From Eubacteriales bacterium (GTDB lineage Bacteria > Bacillota > Clostridia > Oscillospirales > CAG-272), in contig JAZRXB010000330.1 of assembly GCA_045600005.1 (NCBI GenBank), forward strand, positions 1 to 54,098: a stretch of DNA of 54,098 nucleotides, written 5' to 3'. Within the stretch, counting starts at the first letter, position 1; every line of letters starts with the position of its first letter. A program made the translations under genes and the position numbers. The notes under the pieces were generated by a model that was not told where the DNA came from, searched no databases, and saw only the letters and a list, made by a program, of their open reading frames with translations. Positions 9,472 to 19,154 of the stretch are shown piece by piece.

Positions 9472-9500
9472 AGTATAGCACGCCGGACGCTTCGCCGCAA
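9472..9500 (-). promoter_or_regulatory. Probable promoter of HAD gene
   Basis: TTGCGG-17bp-TATACT with TG extended -10 on minus strand. Confidence 0.5.
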
Positions 9501-9598
9501 GCGGCAAAACTGTCGAGGTTTTCGGTGAAAACAGCATGAAATTTGTCGGAAACGTCAGTAAAGTTCCGGGAAAACAGTCTGTTTTTAGCGGCAGGGGC

Positions 9599-9627
9599 TT
9601 GATTTTTTGCGCTTCTCATGATATAAT
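9599..9627 (+). promoter_or_regulatory. sigmaA-type promoter
   Basis: TTGATT-17bp-TATAAT with TGn extension. Confidence 0.7.
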
Positions 9628-9689
9628 ACCGGTAAGGTGTCATAACAGGCGCGTCTTATCCCCAAATACATCAAGAGAGGTAAAAGATC

Positions 9690-10673
9690 ATGTTGAATGC
9701 AGCAATGCTGAGCAAATGGCACGTCCATGCGGGCGGTTACGCGAAGAAGTTACAGGAGACCGGCAAGGTCGACATCAGGGTCGTCTGGGACGACGACGCC
9801 GAGCGCGGCTCGAAATGGGCGGCAGAGCTTGGCTGCGCATTCGAGCCGGAGCTTGAAAAGGTCCTCGCGCGCGAAGACATCGAAGCCGTCTTCGTCGATA
9901 CGCCGACCACCGCGCACAAGGATATCATCATCGCCGCCGCCAAAGCCGGAAAAAACATCTTCACCGAAAAGGCGCTCTGCCCGACGGTCGCCGAATGTCT
10001 GGAAGTCAGGAAAGCCGTCGAGGAAGCCGGCGTCATCTTTACCATCTCCTTCCCGGAACGCTTCTCTCCGATCTTCAAGTTTGCGAAGAAGATGATCGAC
10101 GAGGGCGCGTTCGGCACGATCTCCACGATCCGCCGCAGAAAAGCGCATTCCGGCGTGTCCGACCACTGGCTGCCGGGATACTGGTTCGAGGAGAAGGACG
10201 CGGCGGGCGGAGCCATGATGGACCTCGGCTGTCACCCGATGTACGATCTCGCATACTTCGGCGGCAAGGTCAAACGCATCACCGCGCTGTTCAACGCGCC
10301 GCTCGGCAGCAGGGTCGACGAAAACGCCGTTTCGGTCATGGAATTTGAAAACGGCATCATCGGCATTTCCGAGACCGGCTTCATGTCCTACGCTTCCCCC
10401 GAAATTTTCGAGATCTACGGCACGGAGGGTTCGCTCATCCGTCACGGAAACGACGTGAAGTTCCGCTCGGCGAAGCTCGCGCCCTACACGAACGACTGGA
10501 TCACGCCCACTCTGCCGAACGCTGACCCGATCCCGCTCTTACAGTTTGTCGACGCCTGCATAAATAAGTCGGGTTCGCCGAAGCTCTGCGGCATCGACGA
10601 CGCCATCGACCTCACCAGACTGCTCGAAAACGCCTATATCGCAGATCGTACCAACACGATCGTGACCCTGTGA
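9690..10673 (+). CDS. Gfo/Idh/MocA-family oxidoreductase
   Basis: TPTTAH, GKNIFTEKAL, GGAMMDLGCH motifs. Confidence 0.9.
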   Translation: MLNAAMLSKWHVHAGGYAKKLQETGKVDIRVVWDDDAERGSKWAAELGCAFEPELEKVLAREDIEAVFVDTPTTAHKDIIIAAAKAGKNIFTEKALCPTVAECLEVRKAVEEAGVIFTISFPERFSPIFKFAKKMIDEGAFGTISTIRRRKAHSGVSDHWLPGYWFEEKDAAGGAMMDLGCHPMYDLAYFGGKVKRITALFNAPLGSRVDENAVSVMEFENGIIGISETGFMSYASPEIFEIYGTEGSLIRHGNDVKFRSAKLAPYTNDWITPTLPNADPIPLLQFVDACINKSGSPKLCGIDDAIDLTRLLENAYIADRTNTIVTL

Positions 10674-11257
10674 GCGCCATGAAGCTTGAAAAATATCACC
10701 GCGCCGCCGAAGCGGGCGACAATGAGTTCTCGATTTTTGTCAATTACGGCGTGAAAAAGAAAGCGGAAGGGAAGTATAAGCTCCACCGGATCCTGATGGT
10801 CTGCGCCTATGTCCTGTTTGCTCTGGCATTTTTCGCGTTCTTCGTTTCGATGCATATGCCCATGTTCATCGCCATTCTCCCGCTGCTCACGTGGATCCTG
10901 GTCTACTTTACGTGGTATCTTGTCTCCATTGAGTACGAATACACCATTGTCGGCGGCGTGATAAAGATGATGGAGGTGCATTCGATGCGGTATTTCCGCG
11001 AGCTTGCGGAGGTTCGGCTCAGCGGCGCGTCGAAGATCGCGCCCTATGACGGCGACCATAAGAAGGACGCGGACGACCCGTCCGTCGTCAATAAGATCTG
11101 GGGCGTTTCGTCTGCCGACGCGCAGGATATCTACTATATTCTGTACGAAAACGAAGCGGGCGAAAGATCCGCCGTCTTCTTTGAGGCGACCGAAAAAACG
11201 CTGAAGGTCATCAGGTATTACAACGATCAGGTCGTCATGACCAAGACGAGATATTGA
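10670..11257 (+). CDS. Two-TM membrane protein (DUF6106-like)
   Basis: Two hydrophobic segments followed by IEYEY; coupled to both neighbours by overlapping start/stop codons. Confidence 0.65.
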   Translation: MSAMKLEKYHRAAEAGDNEFSIFVNYGVKKKAEGKYKLHRILMVCAYVLFALAFFAFFVSMHMPMFIAILPLLTWILVYFTWYLVSIEYEYTIVGGVIKMMEVHSMRYFRELAEVRLSGASKIAPYDGDHKKDADDPSVVNKIWGVSSADAQDIYYILYENEAGERSAVFFEATEKTLKVIRYYNDQVVMTKTRY

Positions 11258-12024
11258 TGGCCGGGTCTTTTGAGGCGGGATTTTACCGTCTGGCGGACGA
11301 GCTGGCGGCGGGATATGAGACGATTCTGGGAAACCGGTTCGTCGGGTTTTACGTCCATGGTTCGCTGGCGTTCGGATGCTTTCATCCGGCGGTGAGCGAC
11401 CTCGATTTCATCGCCGTGGTCAGCGAGCCGCCGTCGCAGCGTCAGAAGGAGCGCCTTCTGGCGCTGCTTTTCGAGCGCGAACCGGACGCGCCCGCCAAGG
11501 GCTTTGAAATGAGCGTGGTCGAGGAGAAGTTCTGCCGGGATTTCGTCTATCCGACGCCGTATGAATTCCACTATTCGCCGACTCACCGTGCGCGGGCAAA
11601 GGCAGACCCGTCCGCCTTTGCCGCTTCCATGCACGGCGTGGACCGCGACCTTGCGGCGCATTTCACGGTGCTGATGAAGGTCGGGGCGACGATCCGTGGA
11701 AAAGCGCTGTCCGAAGTGTTCGGCGAGGTGCCGGAGGAAGCGTATGACGACAGTCTGATGAACGATCTTGCCGACGCGCGGGACGGGTTGTGTGAGGATA
11801 CGGTCTATTTTGCGCTGAATTTCTGCCGCGTACTGGCGTGGCGAAGCGAAAAGAAGGTCCTGTCCAAGAAAAGCGGCGGGGAATGGGGACTCAAAAATCT
11901 GCCCTCCGTTTATCATCCGGTCATCCGGTCGGCGCTGGACGCCTATGCGGGCGCGGACGTCACCCCCGATCGGGCGTCGGCGCTCCGGTTCCGGGCGTAT
12001 GTATTTGAAGCGCTCGGTCTCTGA
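11257..12024 (+). CDS. Nucleotidyltransferase, aminoglycoside adenylyltransferase-like (DUF4111)
   Basis: YVHGSLAFG...SDLDF Pol-beta motif; C-terminal LNFCRVLAW...LSKKSGGEWG. Confidence 0.8.
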   Translation: MAGSFEAGFYRLADELAAGYETILGNRFVGFYVHGSLAFGCFHPAVSDLDFIAVVSEPPSQRQKERLLALLFEREPDAPAKGFEMSVVEEKFCRDFVYPTPYEFHYSPTHRARAKADPSAFAASMHGVDRDLAAHFTVLMKVGATIRGKALSEVFGEVPEEAYDDSLMNDLADARDGLCEDTVYFALNFCRVLAWRSEKKVLSKKSGGEWGLKNLPSVYHPVIRSALDAYAGADVTPDRASALRFRAYVFEALGL

Positions 12025-12043
12025 CGCCGGACGACCGAAAATA

Positions 12044-12086
12044 CCCTGCTCCAAGGATAAAAATCCGAACGGAGCAGGGCATTTTT
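12044..12086. terminator. Bidirectional terminator
   Basis: CCCTGCTCC / GGAGCAGGG stem with T tract, between convergent genes. Confidence 0.7.
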
Positions 12087-12110
12087 CATGAAAGGGGACG
12101 CTTTTGACGA

Positions 12111-12830
12111 TCAGCCGCGGTAGGCTTCCTCATCGCAGAAGACGGTGACGTCCGGATGCAGTAGGAGAAGCGTTGCAGGAAGCGAGGTCGTGATCCTGCC
12201 GTTCAGCAGACCGGTGATCGCATCGCGCTTGTTCTGACCGCTGGCAAGCAGGATGATCCTGCGCGCGCGCATGATCGACTGGATGCCCATCGTCAGGGCG
12301 TGGCGCGGCACCTCGGCGGAGCTCTGGAAGAAGCGGGAGTTGGCTTCGATGGTGCTTTCGGCAAGAGCCGTCAGATGCGTTTCGCAGATCAGCCCTTCTG
12401 CCGGTTCGTTGAAGCCGATGTGACCGTTGCCTCCGATGCCGAGGACCTGAAGGTCGATGCCGCCGTCCGCTTCGATCGCGGCGTCATAGGCGGCGCATTC
12501 TGCGGCAGGGTCGGACGCTTCGCCGTTCAGAAGATGCGTGTTGTCAGGGTCGATCCCGATCTGTCCGAACAGATTATGATCCATAAAATAGCGGTAGCTC
12601 TGCGGATTGGTCGGCTTGATCGGATAGTATTCGTCGAGGTTGTAGGTCCGGACTTCCGAGAAATCCAGTCCGTTCCGGCTCATGTCGACGAGACAGCGGT
12701 ACATTCCGAGCGGCGTGGAGCCGGTGGCAAGTCCGAGGATGCAGTTCGGTTTTTCACGGACCACACGGGAGACCGTTTCGGCGGCGCGGCGGGACATTTC
12801 ATCATAGTTTTTGCAGACACAAAGTTTCAT
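12111..12830 (-). CDS. nagB: Glucosamine-6-phosphate deaminase
   Basis: LGLATGSTP, NLDEY, LGIGGNGHIGFNEP, ALTMGI; start set at MKLCV with AAAGGA RBS. Confidence 0.95.
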   Translation of the reverse strand: MKLCVCKNYDEMSRRAAETVSRVVREKPNCILGLATGSTPLGMYRCLVDMSRNGLDFSEVRTYNLDEYYPIKPTNPQSYRYFMDHNLFGQIGIDPDNTHLLNGEASDPAAECAAYDAAIEADGGIDLQVLGIGGNGHIGFNEPAEGLICETHLTALAESTIEANSRFFQSSAEVPRHALTMGIQSIMRARRIILLASGQNKRDAITGLLNGRITTSLPATLLLLHPDVTVFCDEEAYRG

Positions 12831-12864
12831 GGCGTTTCCGATTCCTTTCGGTTTGATCGGTTCT

Positions 12865-12893
12865 ATTATACACCGATCCGGTCGGTAATGCAA
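12865..12893 (-). promoter_or_regulatory. nagB promoter
   Basis: TTGCAT-17bp-TATAAT on minus strand. Confidence 0.7.
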
Positions 12894-12937
12894 GAGAAAA
12901 GCAAGAAAATGATACAAAAACGCAAGATCGTGCAGGA

Positions 12938-14923
12938 TCAGGTCGTCATATGGCGTTTCCGGTAAGCGTTGTAGACGTTTTCAAACCAGTTGTCGCGCTC
13001 CGGGATCGGACGGACCGGCTTCCATTCGGCGCGGACCTCCTGCCCGGCAAGCGTGACCTCGCAGACACGATCCCGGTGCGAAGCGTCGATCTCGACTGTC
13101 TCCTTTCCGGTCGGGAGCGGCGCGCCGCCGTCGGCGATGAGATAGGAGCCGCGGCTTTTTCCGCCGTCGGCGATGTAGGCGAGGATGGCGCTCATGTAGA
13201 CGTACTGCGTGATCAGTATGTCGCGGTTGATGCAAAGCTCGCCGAGCAGTGAAGCGTCGGCGATTCTGTATGACGCGAAGCCGTCAAGCTCGCGCCGGAC
13301 GCTTTGGACCGCATTTTCGAGCTTCTCCCGGTCGCGGATGAACGCGCCGCACGAGGTCATGACGGCGGCGTATTCCGCCCGCTTTGCGAGGATATCCGCA
13401 CGGGTGAGCGAGCCGTCCGCGCTGACGAGAGCGGTCAGATCGTCCGCTCTGACCGATGCTGTTTCGTCCGGCATACCGGCGTAGGACGCTTCCGACGTGA
13501 TGCGTTCGGCGGCACGGCGGCTGCCGACCTGCGTCGAGTTCAAAGCGCTTCCGCCGGGACGGTGGATGCCGAAGACGCCGTTCGCTTCGCCGACGATGAA
13601 GAAGTGACGCAGCGAAACGCTCTCGTACCAGACGTCGCCCGCGAAGCCGCCGTTGTTGTGCTGGGCGCACATATCGATCTCGAGCGGTTCGGCGGTAAGG
13701 TCGATGCCGTGCAAGCGGTAAAGCTCGACGGCGGGTGCGTTCATTTTCAGAAGACGGTCGATCGGCGCGGCAAGCAGAGCGCCGGAGTTGGCAAGATAGG
13801 CGCGCGGCTCGTCTTCGAGCAGAGAGAAGTCGAGCGAACCGTTCCTGTCGGCGGCGGAAGGGTTGCGGCGGAAGTCCATGAAGACCCGTCTGCCCTTCTG
13901 ACGCTCGGCAAAGACCGCGATGTCGACGAGCGACGAGCCGCCGCCCGAGAGCTTCGCGGGGTCGAACGGCCACTGATAGCCCTTCCTGAAAACCGCCGTG
14001 AGCATCTTCGTAAGATCGTCGAACCGGTCGTCAAGGAATTCGCGTTCGTCCGAGCCGTCCGGCGCGGTCGAGAAATAGCGCGGCAGGACCTGCTGATACG
14101 TGCCGGACAGGTTCCAGCGGAATTTCACCGACGCCAGTCCGTACTGGCTTTCGGTGACGTTGACGGCGGTAACGCCCGCTTCGAGCGCCGCGCCGTGCGC
14201 ACAGGTCTGGCTTTCGGGATAGACGGTCGCGGCGTAGATCGCCGACGGTCCGCCGGTCGCCCAGACGACGTTGACCGCTTCAAATAAGCAGAGCCCGTAT
14301 TCGTTGTAAACGCCGCATTCGTGCGCACAGAGCGCGAGAAGTCCGCGCGCTCTGCCGTCTTCGGTCAGGATCCGCACGACACGGTATCCGTCGAAGATCG
14401 GCAGACCCTTTTTCCGCACCGAACGCTCCAGCGCTTCGGTCATGTACTTCGAGGTGAGCGGTCCGCAGGAGGTGGCGCGGGTCCGCACGTCGTGGTCGGT
14501 CTGATAGCCCGCGAACTCTCCGAATTCGTTATAGGGAAAGGGAACGCCAAGCTCCGTCAGACGGAGAAAGGCGCGCGTACTGCCCGCCGCTTCGCAGAGC
14601 GCAAGATCGCCGTGCATCGCGCCGCCGTCAAAGAAGGATCTCGCCATGTCCTCGACCGAATCGGGCGCGGAGCCGGACAGTGTGAGCTTGTAGTAGGTCT
14701 GCTTGTCCGAGCCGGTGTTGCGGGAGGTCCCCATGTTGATCCCCTCGGTCACGACGGCGACGGACAGCCCGCTCGTCTGCGCGATGAGATCGGCGCAGTT
14801 GAGTCCCGCCGCGCCGCTTCCGACGACGACGGTGTTGAAGCGGTAAACGGGAACCGTCAGCGTTTCGTTCCCGACCGGAAGACGGCGGAGTTCCGGCGCG
14901 GGAAGAGCGGTATGGCCGGTCAT
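12938..14923 (-). CDS. FAD-binding oxidoreductase of SdhA/FrdA/NadB superfamily, substrate unknown
   Basis: VVGSGAAG, WATGG, HNNGG, GEANG...HRPGGSALN correspond to flavoprotein-family motifs. Confidence 0.8.
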   Translation of the reverse strand: MTGHTALPAPELRRLPVGNETLTVPVYRFNTVVVGSGAAGLNCADLIAQTSGLSVAVVTEGINMGTSRNTGSDKQTYYKLTLSGSAPDSVEDMARSFFDGGAMHGDLALCEAAGSTRAFLRLTELGVPFPYNEFGEFAGYQTDHDVRTRATSCGPLTSKYMTEALERSVRKKGLPIFDGYRVVRILTEDGRARGLLALCAHECGVYNEYGLCLFEAVNVVWATGGPSAIYAATVYPESQTCAHGAALEAGVTAVNVTESQYGLASVKFRWNLSGTYQQVLPRYFSTAPDGSDEREFLDDRFDDLTKMLTAVFRKGYQWPFDPAKLSGGGSSLVDIAVFAERQKGRRVFMDFRRNPSAADRNGSLDFSLLEDEPRAYLANSGALLAAPIDRLLKMNAPAVELYRLHGIDLTAEPLEIDMCAQHNNGGFAGDVWYESVSLRHFFIVGEANGVFGIHRPGGSALNSTQVGSRRAAERITSEASYAGMPDETASVRADDLTALVSADGSLTRADILAKRAEYAAVMTSCGAFIRDREKLENAVQSVRRELDGFASYRIADASLLGELCINRDILITQYVYMSAILAYIADGGKSRGSYLIADGGAPLPTGKETVEIDASHRDRVCEVTLAGQEVRAEWKPVRPIPERDNWFENVYNAYRKRHMTT

Positions 14924-15675
14924 AAGCGCGAAAGGGTGAAGCCGCCGTCGATGTTCATGACGCTTCCGGTGGTGTAGGAGAAATAGCCCTCGCAGAGCGC
15001 ATAGACGGCTTTGGCGATGTCTTCGGGCTGACCCATGCGCCTGATCGGGAGAAGTCCGCCGTCGATCAGATTCAGATATTTGTCCTTGACGCAGGCGGTC
15101 ATATCGGTCTCGATGATGCCGGGGCGAAGCTCGTAGACGTTGACGCCCTCTGCGGCGAGACGGTCGGCGAAGAGCTTCGTGACCATCGAAAGCCCTGCCT
15201 TGGAGATGCAGTATTCGCCGCGGCTCGTGCTGGAGGTGTCGGCGGAGATCGAGGTGATGTTGATGATCATCCGATGCGCGTCGGTCTTTCGTTCGATGAG
15301 CTTCTTGGCGGCGAGCTGAGAGAGGAAGAAGGTCCCCTTGAGGTTGATCGAAAGCAGACGGTCAAGGCTTTCCTCGGTCATGTTGAGGATGTCGTCGCGC
15401 ACGAGCGGAGCCGCGCCCGCGTTGTTGACGAGAATGTCGAAGCCGCCGGCTTTTTCGGCTTCCTCGATGATCTTTTCACGGCATTCCGCTTTGGAAATGT
15501 CGGCGGAGATATAGAAGGATCCGGGAGAGAGCGCTTTTAATTCGGCGATGTATTCCGAAACGGCTTCGGCGGGCTTGGTGGCGGCGGCGATGATCTTGTA
15601 GCCGTTCTTTGCGAGAAGGAGCGAGATGCCGCGTCCGATGCCGCGGGACGCGCCGGTGACGATTGCGGTCGGCAT
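14920..15675 (-). CDS. Short-chain dehydrogenase/reductase
   Basis: TGASRGIG, NNAG, YCISK (YxxxK), PGIIETDM; start at MPTAIV after GGAAAGGA. Confidence 0.9.
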   Translation of the reverse strand: MPTAIVTGASRGIGRGISLLLAKNGYKIIAAATKPAEAVSEYIAELKALSPGSFYISADISKAECREKIIEEAEKAGGFDILVNNAGAAPLVRDDILNMTEESLDRLLSINLKGTFFLSQLAAKKLIERKTDAHRMIINITSISADTSSTSRGEYCISKAGLSMVTKLFADRLAAEGVNVYELRPGIIETDMTACVKDKYLNLIDGGLLPIRRMGQPEDIAKAVYALCEGYFSYTTGSVMNIDGGFTLSRL

Positions 15676-15732
15676 GATGAATTCCTTTCCGGATCCGGAG
15701 GTCCGACTGCGGATCTCCGGATCCTGCATAGC

Positions 15733-17046
15733 TTATTTATTCAGGCAGGCTTCCTTATAGATCGGCGCGTAGACTCCGCCGTCGCGCATCGGACAGCCGG
15801 TGGTCGTGTAGGCGCGCATCAGCTCGGTGCATTTGCCGCAGGTGACGCAGCATTTGTTCGGCTGCATCGTTCCGGCGATCAGGTCCCTGGCAAAGCCGTC
15901 GTAGGCGAACGCCATGCGTCCGAAGCCCGCCATCGAGATCATGCCCGAGCCGACTGCTCCGGCGGCGAGACAGGGCGCGAACTGACGCAGGAAGGTGTAG
16001 CCCGTGCCGATGAACGTGATGTCCGGGAACTGCTTCTGTAAGATCGCCGCGCCGTTTATCATGCGGGAAACGCCGACCAGCGGATGCTCGGGAGCCTCGT
16101 AGCCGCCGTGACAGTAGGGACGGTTGACGTGCGGGTTGTAGTAGGGCGTGCCCATCGTGACGTTGACGAGATTGACGCCGAGTTTGCTGATGTCGCCGAT
16201 GAGACGGATCGCTTCGGTCGGGTCGAACTTCGTTAAGTCCTCTCTGTCGTCGCCGAAGCCGTAGGGGTAGCCGATGCCGTCGTGGACGTTCAGACGGGTG
16301 GCGACGGCGAGCTTTGAGCCGACGCGCTGCTTCACGCCCTCGATGACGTTCCGGTACAGCCGGGTGCGGTTTTCGTAGGAGCCGCCGTAGCGTCCCTCGC
16401 GGGTGTAGGCGGACAGAAGCTCGCTCATCAGGTAGCGGTGGCAGGCCTTGATGTCCACGCCGTCGAAGCCCGCCTGTTCGGCAAGCTCCGCCGCTTCGAC
16501 GAAGGTCTCGCACAGACGGTCGAGGTATTCGTCGGTGACGACCGGATGATCGGGCGAAATGTTGAACGGCTTGTTGAGGACCGGGTTGTGGTAGGCGATG
16601 ATCGGCGCGGGCAGGTTCTGCGGACGGGAGAATCGTCCCGAATGGGTCAGCTGGCAGATGACCGGCGCGCCGCCGTTCTTCTCGTGAAGCTCGTCGACGA
16701 AGCGCTTGTAGGCGTCGAGATTTTCCTTATGGAGCCAGAGCTGGCGGCTGTTGGAGCGCGCTTCCTCGCGCACGGCGACCGCTTCGAACCAGTAAAGACC
16801 GGCTTCGCTGTTCGCAAAGCGCAGATAGCGGCGGCGGGTCAGTTCGCCCGGCGCACCGTCCGGCAGGCTGTCGAAGCCCTCCATCGGATGGACGGCGACG
16901 GCGTTTTTGATATGGAGCTTTTCGTTCTTGACGTCGAAGGATTTTGCGAGCGGCGATAAGTCCTCGGAGAGAGGGAGCGAAAGACCGAGCGAATCGAGGT
17001 CGGCTTTCACATCGTCGAGCGTTTTGTAGCGAAATTCAAACGGCAT
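15733..17046 (-). CDS. NADH:flavin oxidoreductase (old yellow enzyme family) with C-terminal Cys cluster
   Basis: HPMEG, QLTHSGR, AGFDGVDIKACHRYL, YGGSYENRTR, CCVTCGKC...GC. Confidence 0.88.
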   Translation of the reverse strand: MPFEFRYKTLDDVKADLDSLGLSLPLSEDLSPLAKSFDVKNEKLHIKNAVAVHPMEGFDSLPDGAPGELTRRRYLRFANSEAGLYWFEAVAVREEARSNSRQLWLHKENLDAYKRFVDELHEKNGGAPVICQLTHSGRFSRPQNLPAPIIAYHNPVLNKPFNISPDHPVVTDEYLDRLCETFVEAAELAEQAGFDGVDIKACHRYLMSELLSAYTREGRYGGSYENRTRLYRNVIEGVKQRVGSKLAVATRLNVHDGIGYPYGFGDDREDLTKFDPTEAIRLIGDISKLGVNLVNVTMGTPYYNPHVNRPYCHGGYEAPEHPLVGVSRMINGAAILQKQFPDITFIGTGYTFLRQFAPCLAAGAVGSGMISMAGFGRMAFAYDGFARDLIAGTMQPNKCCVTCGKCTELMRAYTTTGCPMRDGGVYAPIYKEACLNK

Positions 17047-17815
17047 AGTGTTTTACCCATTCTTTCAGTGTTTCAGCGTCGGCGCGGAGCTGTTCGCCGG
17101 CGTCGTCTTTGACGAATTCGAGCAGTAATGTGCGTGCTTTATGGTCGGAGGCGAGAATGTCGAGATAGCGTTTCCACGCTTCGGCATGATCGGCGAGCGG
17201 ATAGCGGATGCATTTCCCGCTCCGCGCGTCCCACGCGAAGACGTGGACGTTCGATACCCATTTAAGGACGCTTTTCAGCGCTTCGGCGTTGAAATCGACG
17301 TCCTTTGCCTGATTCGGCTGCCAGTAGAGGAAAACGTTGTCCCGGTCGATCTCACGCATCAGGGAAGCGGCGGAGGGTGCGGTGTTCGTCAGCGTTCCGC
17401 CGTGGTATTCAAAGCTCATCGTAAGCCCGGCGCCGGCGGCAAGGCCGGCGCAGAGCTGCGCTTCCCTTACCAGTGCGCACCGTTCGTCCGGCGTGACGGC
17501 TTCGCTGTTTTTCGTACCCGCCCAGATGCGGATATTCGGCGCGCCGAGCGCTTTCGCGGCGGCGAGATAGGCGGAAAACTCGGCTTTCGCATCGGCGTAT
17601 TCGCCGAGCCGGTAATATGAACCGTAGGAGACGACCGACACCTGCTTTCCGGCCGCGTCCTGCGCGATGGATGCGCAGGCTTCGAGTCCTTCCTTCGGCG
17701 CGTGAACGTCCGAGCCGATCTCGATCCCGTCAAGCCCGGTCTCGCGGGCGAGCGTCAGGACCTCTCCGATCGTCTTTTTTCGGAACGTGACCGAAACGAT
17801 TCCGGTGGTGAACAT
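17036..17815 (-). CDS. Sugar phosphate isomerase/epimerase (xylose-isomerase-like TIM barrel)
   Basis: GIVSVTFR, GLDGIE, IRIWAG, FEYHGGTL, NVHVF, LLEFV. Confidence 0.82.
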   Translation of the reverse strand: MFTTGIVSVTFRKKTIGEVLTLARETGLDGIEIGSDVHAPKEGLEACASIAQDAAGKQVSVVSYGSYYRLGEYADAKAEFSAYLAAAKALGAPNIRIWAGTKNSEAVTPDERCALVREAQLCAGLAAGAGLTMSFEYHGGTLTNTAPSAASLMREIDRDNVFLYWQPNQAKDVDFNAEALKSVLKWVSNVHVFAWDARSGKCIRYPLADHAEAWKRYLDILASDHKARTLLLEFVKDDAGEQLRADAETLKEWVKHYAV

Positions 17816-17830
17816 GATATCATCCCCCGT

Positions 17831-18829
17831 TTATGCCATCGTTTCGAGCATTTTCAGAGAAACGCCCCATTTTGTCGGCTCGCCCTTCGACCAGCGTCCG
17901 AATTCCTCTGCCATGTATTCGCCCATACGTGCGACCTCGTCGCCGAGCGAACCGGCGATGTGCGGGGTCAGCATGACGTTCGGCAGCGTGTAGAATCTGC
18001 TGCCGGGAACCGGCGGCTCCGGCATGGTGACGTCGAGCAGAGCGAAACGGTTCGGCTCCGCTTCGAGCGCCGCGATGAGATCGTCCTCGACGACCTGTGC
18101 GCCGCGTCCGGTGTTGATGAAGACGGCGTTCGGCTTCATCAGAGCGAAGCAGGAGGCGTTCAGCATTCCGACGGTCTGCGGATTGTTCGCCAGATGGTTC
18201 GAGATGACGGTGCAGGACGAGAAGATTTCTTCGAGCGAAGCCTTCTTCACGCCGAGCGAAGCGGCTTTTTCATCCGAAAGGAAGGGGTCGAAGCCGAGGA
18301 CTTCGAGCTTGTAGCCTTTCAGACGCTCCGCGACCATCGAGCCGATCATGCCGATGCCGATCAGACCGACCCTGCTGCCGTAGTTGCCGGTGAAGGGATT
18401 GCCTGCACCGCGGTTGCTCCACGTCGGGTTCGAGGAGCGGTGGAAGCGCTGGAAATAGCCCTTGTTGGCGAGGATGATCTGCGCGACGGTGTATTCCGCG
18501 ACCGGAACGCCGTTGGCAGCCCACGCGCTGAACACTTCGACGCCCGCTTCAAGGAACGGACGGGCGAAGTACTGGACCGAACCGGCGGCATAGAAGACGG
18601 CTTTCAGGTTCGAGAAATACTGTGCTATCTGCTCTGCCGTCAGGGTGAACATTCCCCACGTGGTGAAGATCACGTCGACGGTGTTCAGCTCGGCGGCGCG
18701 GCTGTCAAGCTCGTCCGGGTTCCAGATCGGTTCGAGAAATTCGAGCTGTCCGGCGAGCGCTTCGCGGGTCTCCTTCGTGTAGACGCATAGGCATTTGTCG
18801 CGTCCTTTTGAAATGATAATGGCTTTCAT
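17831..18829 (-). CDS. D-2-hydroxyacid dehydrogenase family protein
   Basis: GLIGIGMIG, FINTGRG, LDVTMPEP, TPHIAGS. Confidence 0.9.
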   Translation of the reverse strand: MKAIIISKGRDKCLCVYTKETREALAGQLEFLEPIWNPDELDSRAAELNTVDVIFTTWGMFTLTAEQIAQYFSNLKAVFYAAGSVQYFARPFLEAGVEVFSAWAANGVPVAEYTVAQIILANKGYFQRFHRSSNPTWSNRGAGNPFTGNYGSRVGLIGIGMIGSMVAERLKGYKLEVLGFDPFLSDEKAASLGVKKASLEEIFSSCTVISNHLANNPQTVGMLNASCFALMKPNAVFINTGRGAQVVEDDLIAALEAEPNRFALLDVTMPEPPVPGSRFYTLPNVMLTPHIAGSLGDEVARMGEYMAEEFGRWSKGEPTKWGVSLKMLETMA

Positions 18830-18910
18830 GGGGATATCCTCCTGAATGATGAAAAAATAATGAATGATGAAAACGATTCCGTGCGTTCTGAATCTTTTCT
18901 GCCTTTCATC

Positions 18911-18939
18911 ATTATATCACGTTGCCGGGAGCGCGTCAA
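18911..18939 (-). promoter_or_regulatory. Promoter of redox operon
   Basis: TTGACG-17bp-TATAAT with TGn extension on minus strand. Confidence 0.75.
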
Positions 18940-19154
18940 GAGGGCGTGACGGGTGCCGGAAAACGAAAAAATCCGCCTTTCGCCCCGCTTTGGCGGACGC
19001 CGCGGCGGGACAGGGCGGATTTCTAAACGTTTTCCCGGAAAAGACGAATACTTTGACGGAAAAAAAGCTTGAAATGATTGAAAAACGATAAAATATCAAA
19101 AAATCGGTTGAAAATCTGACTGCTTATCCAAGATCGGACGGTCGAAAAACGACA

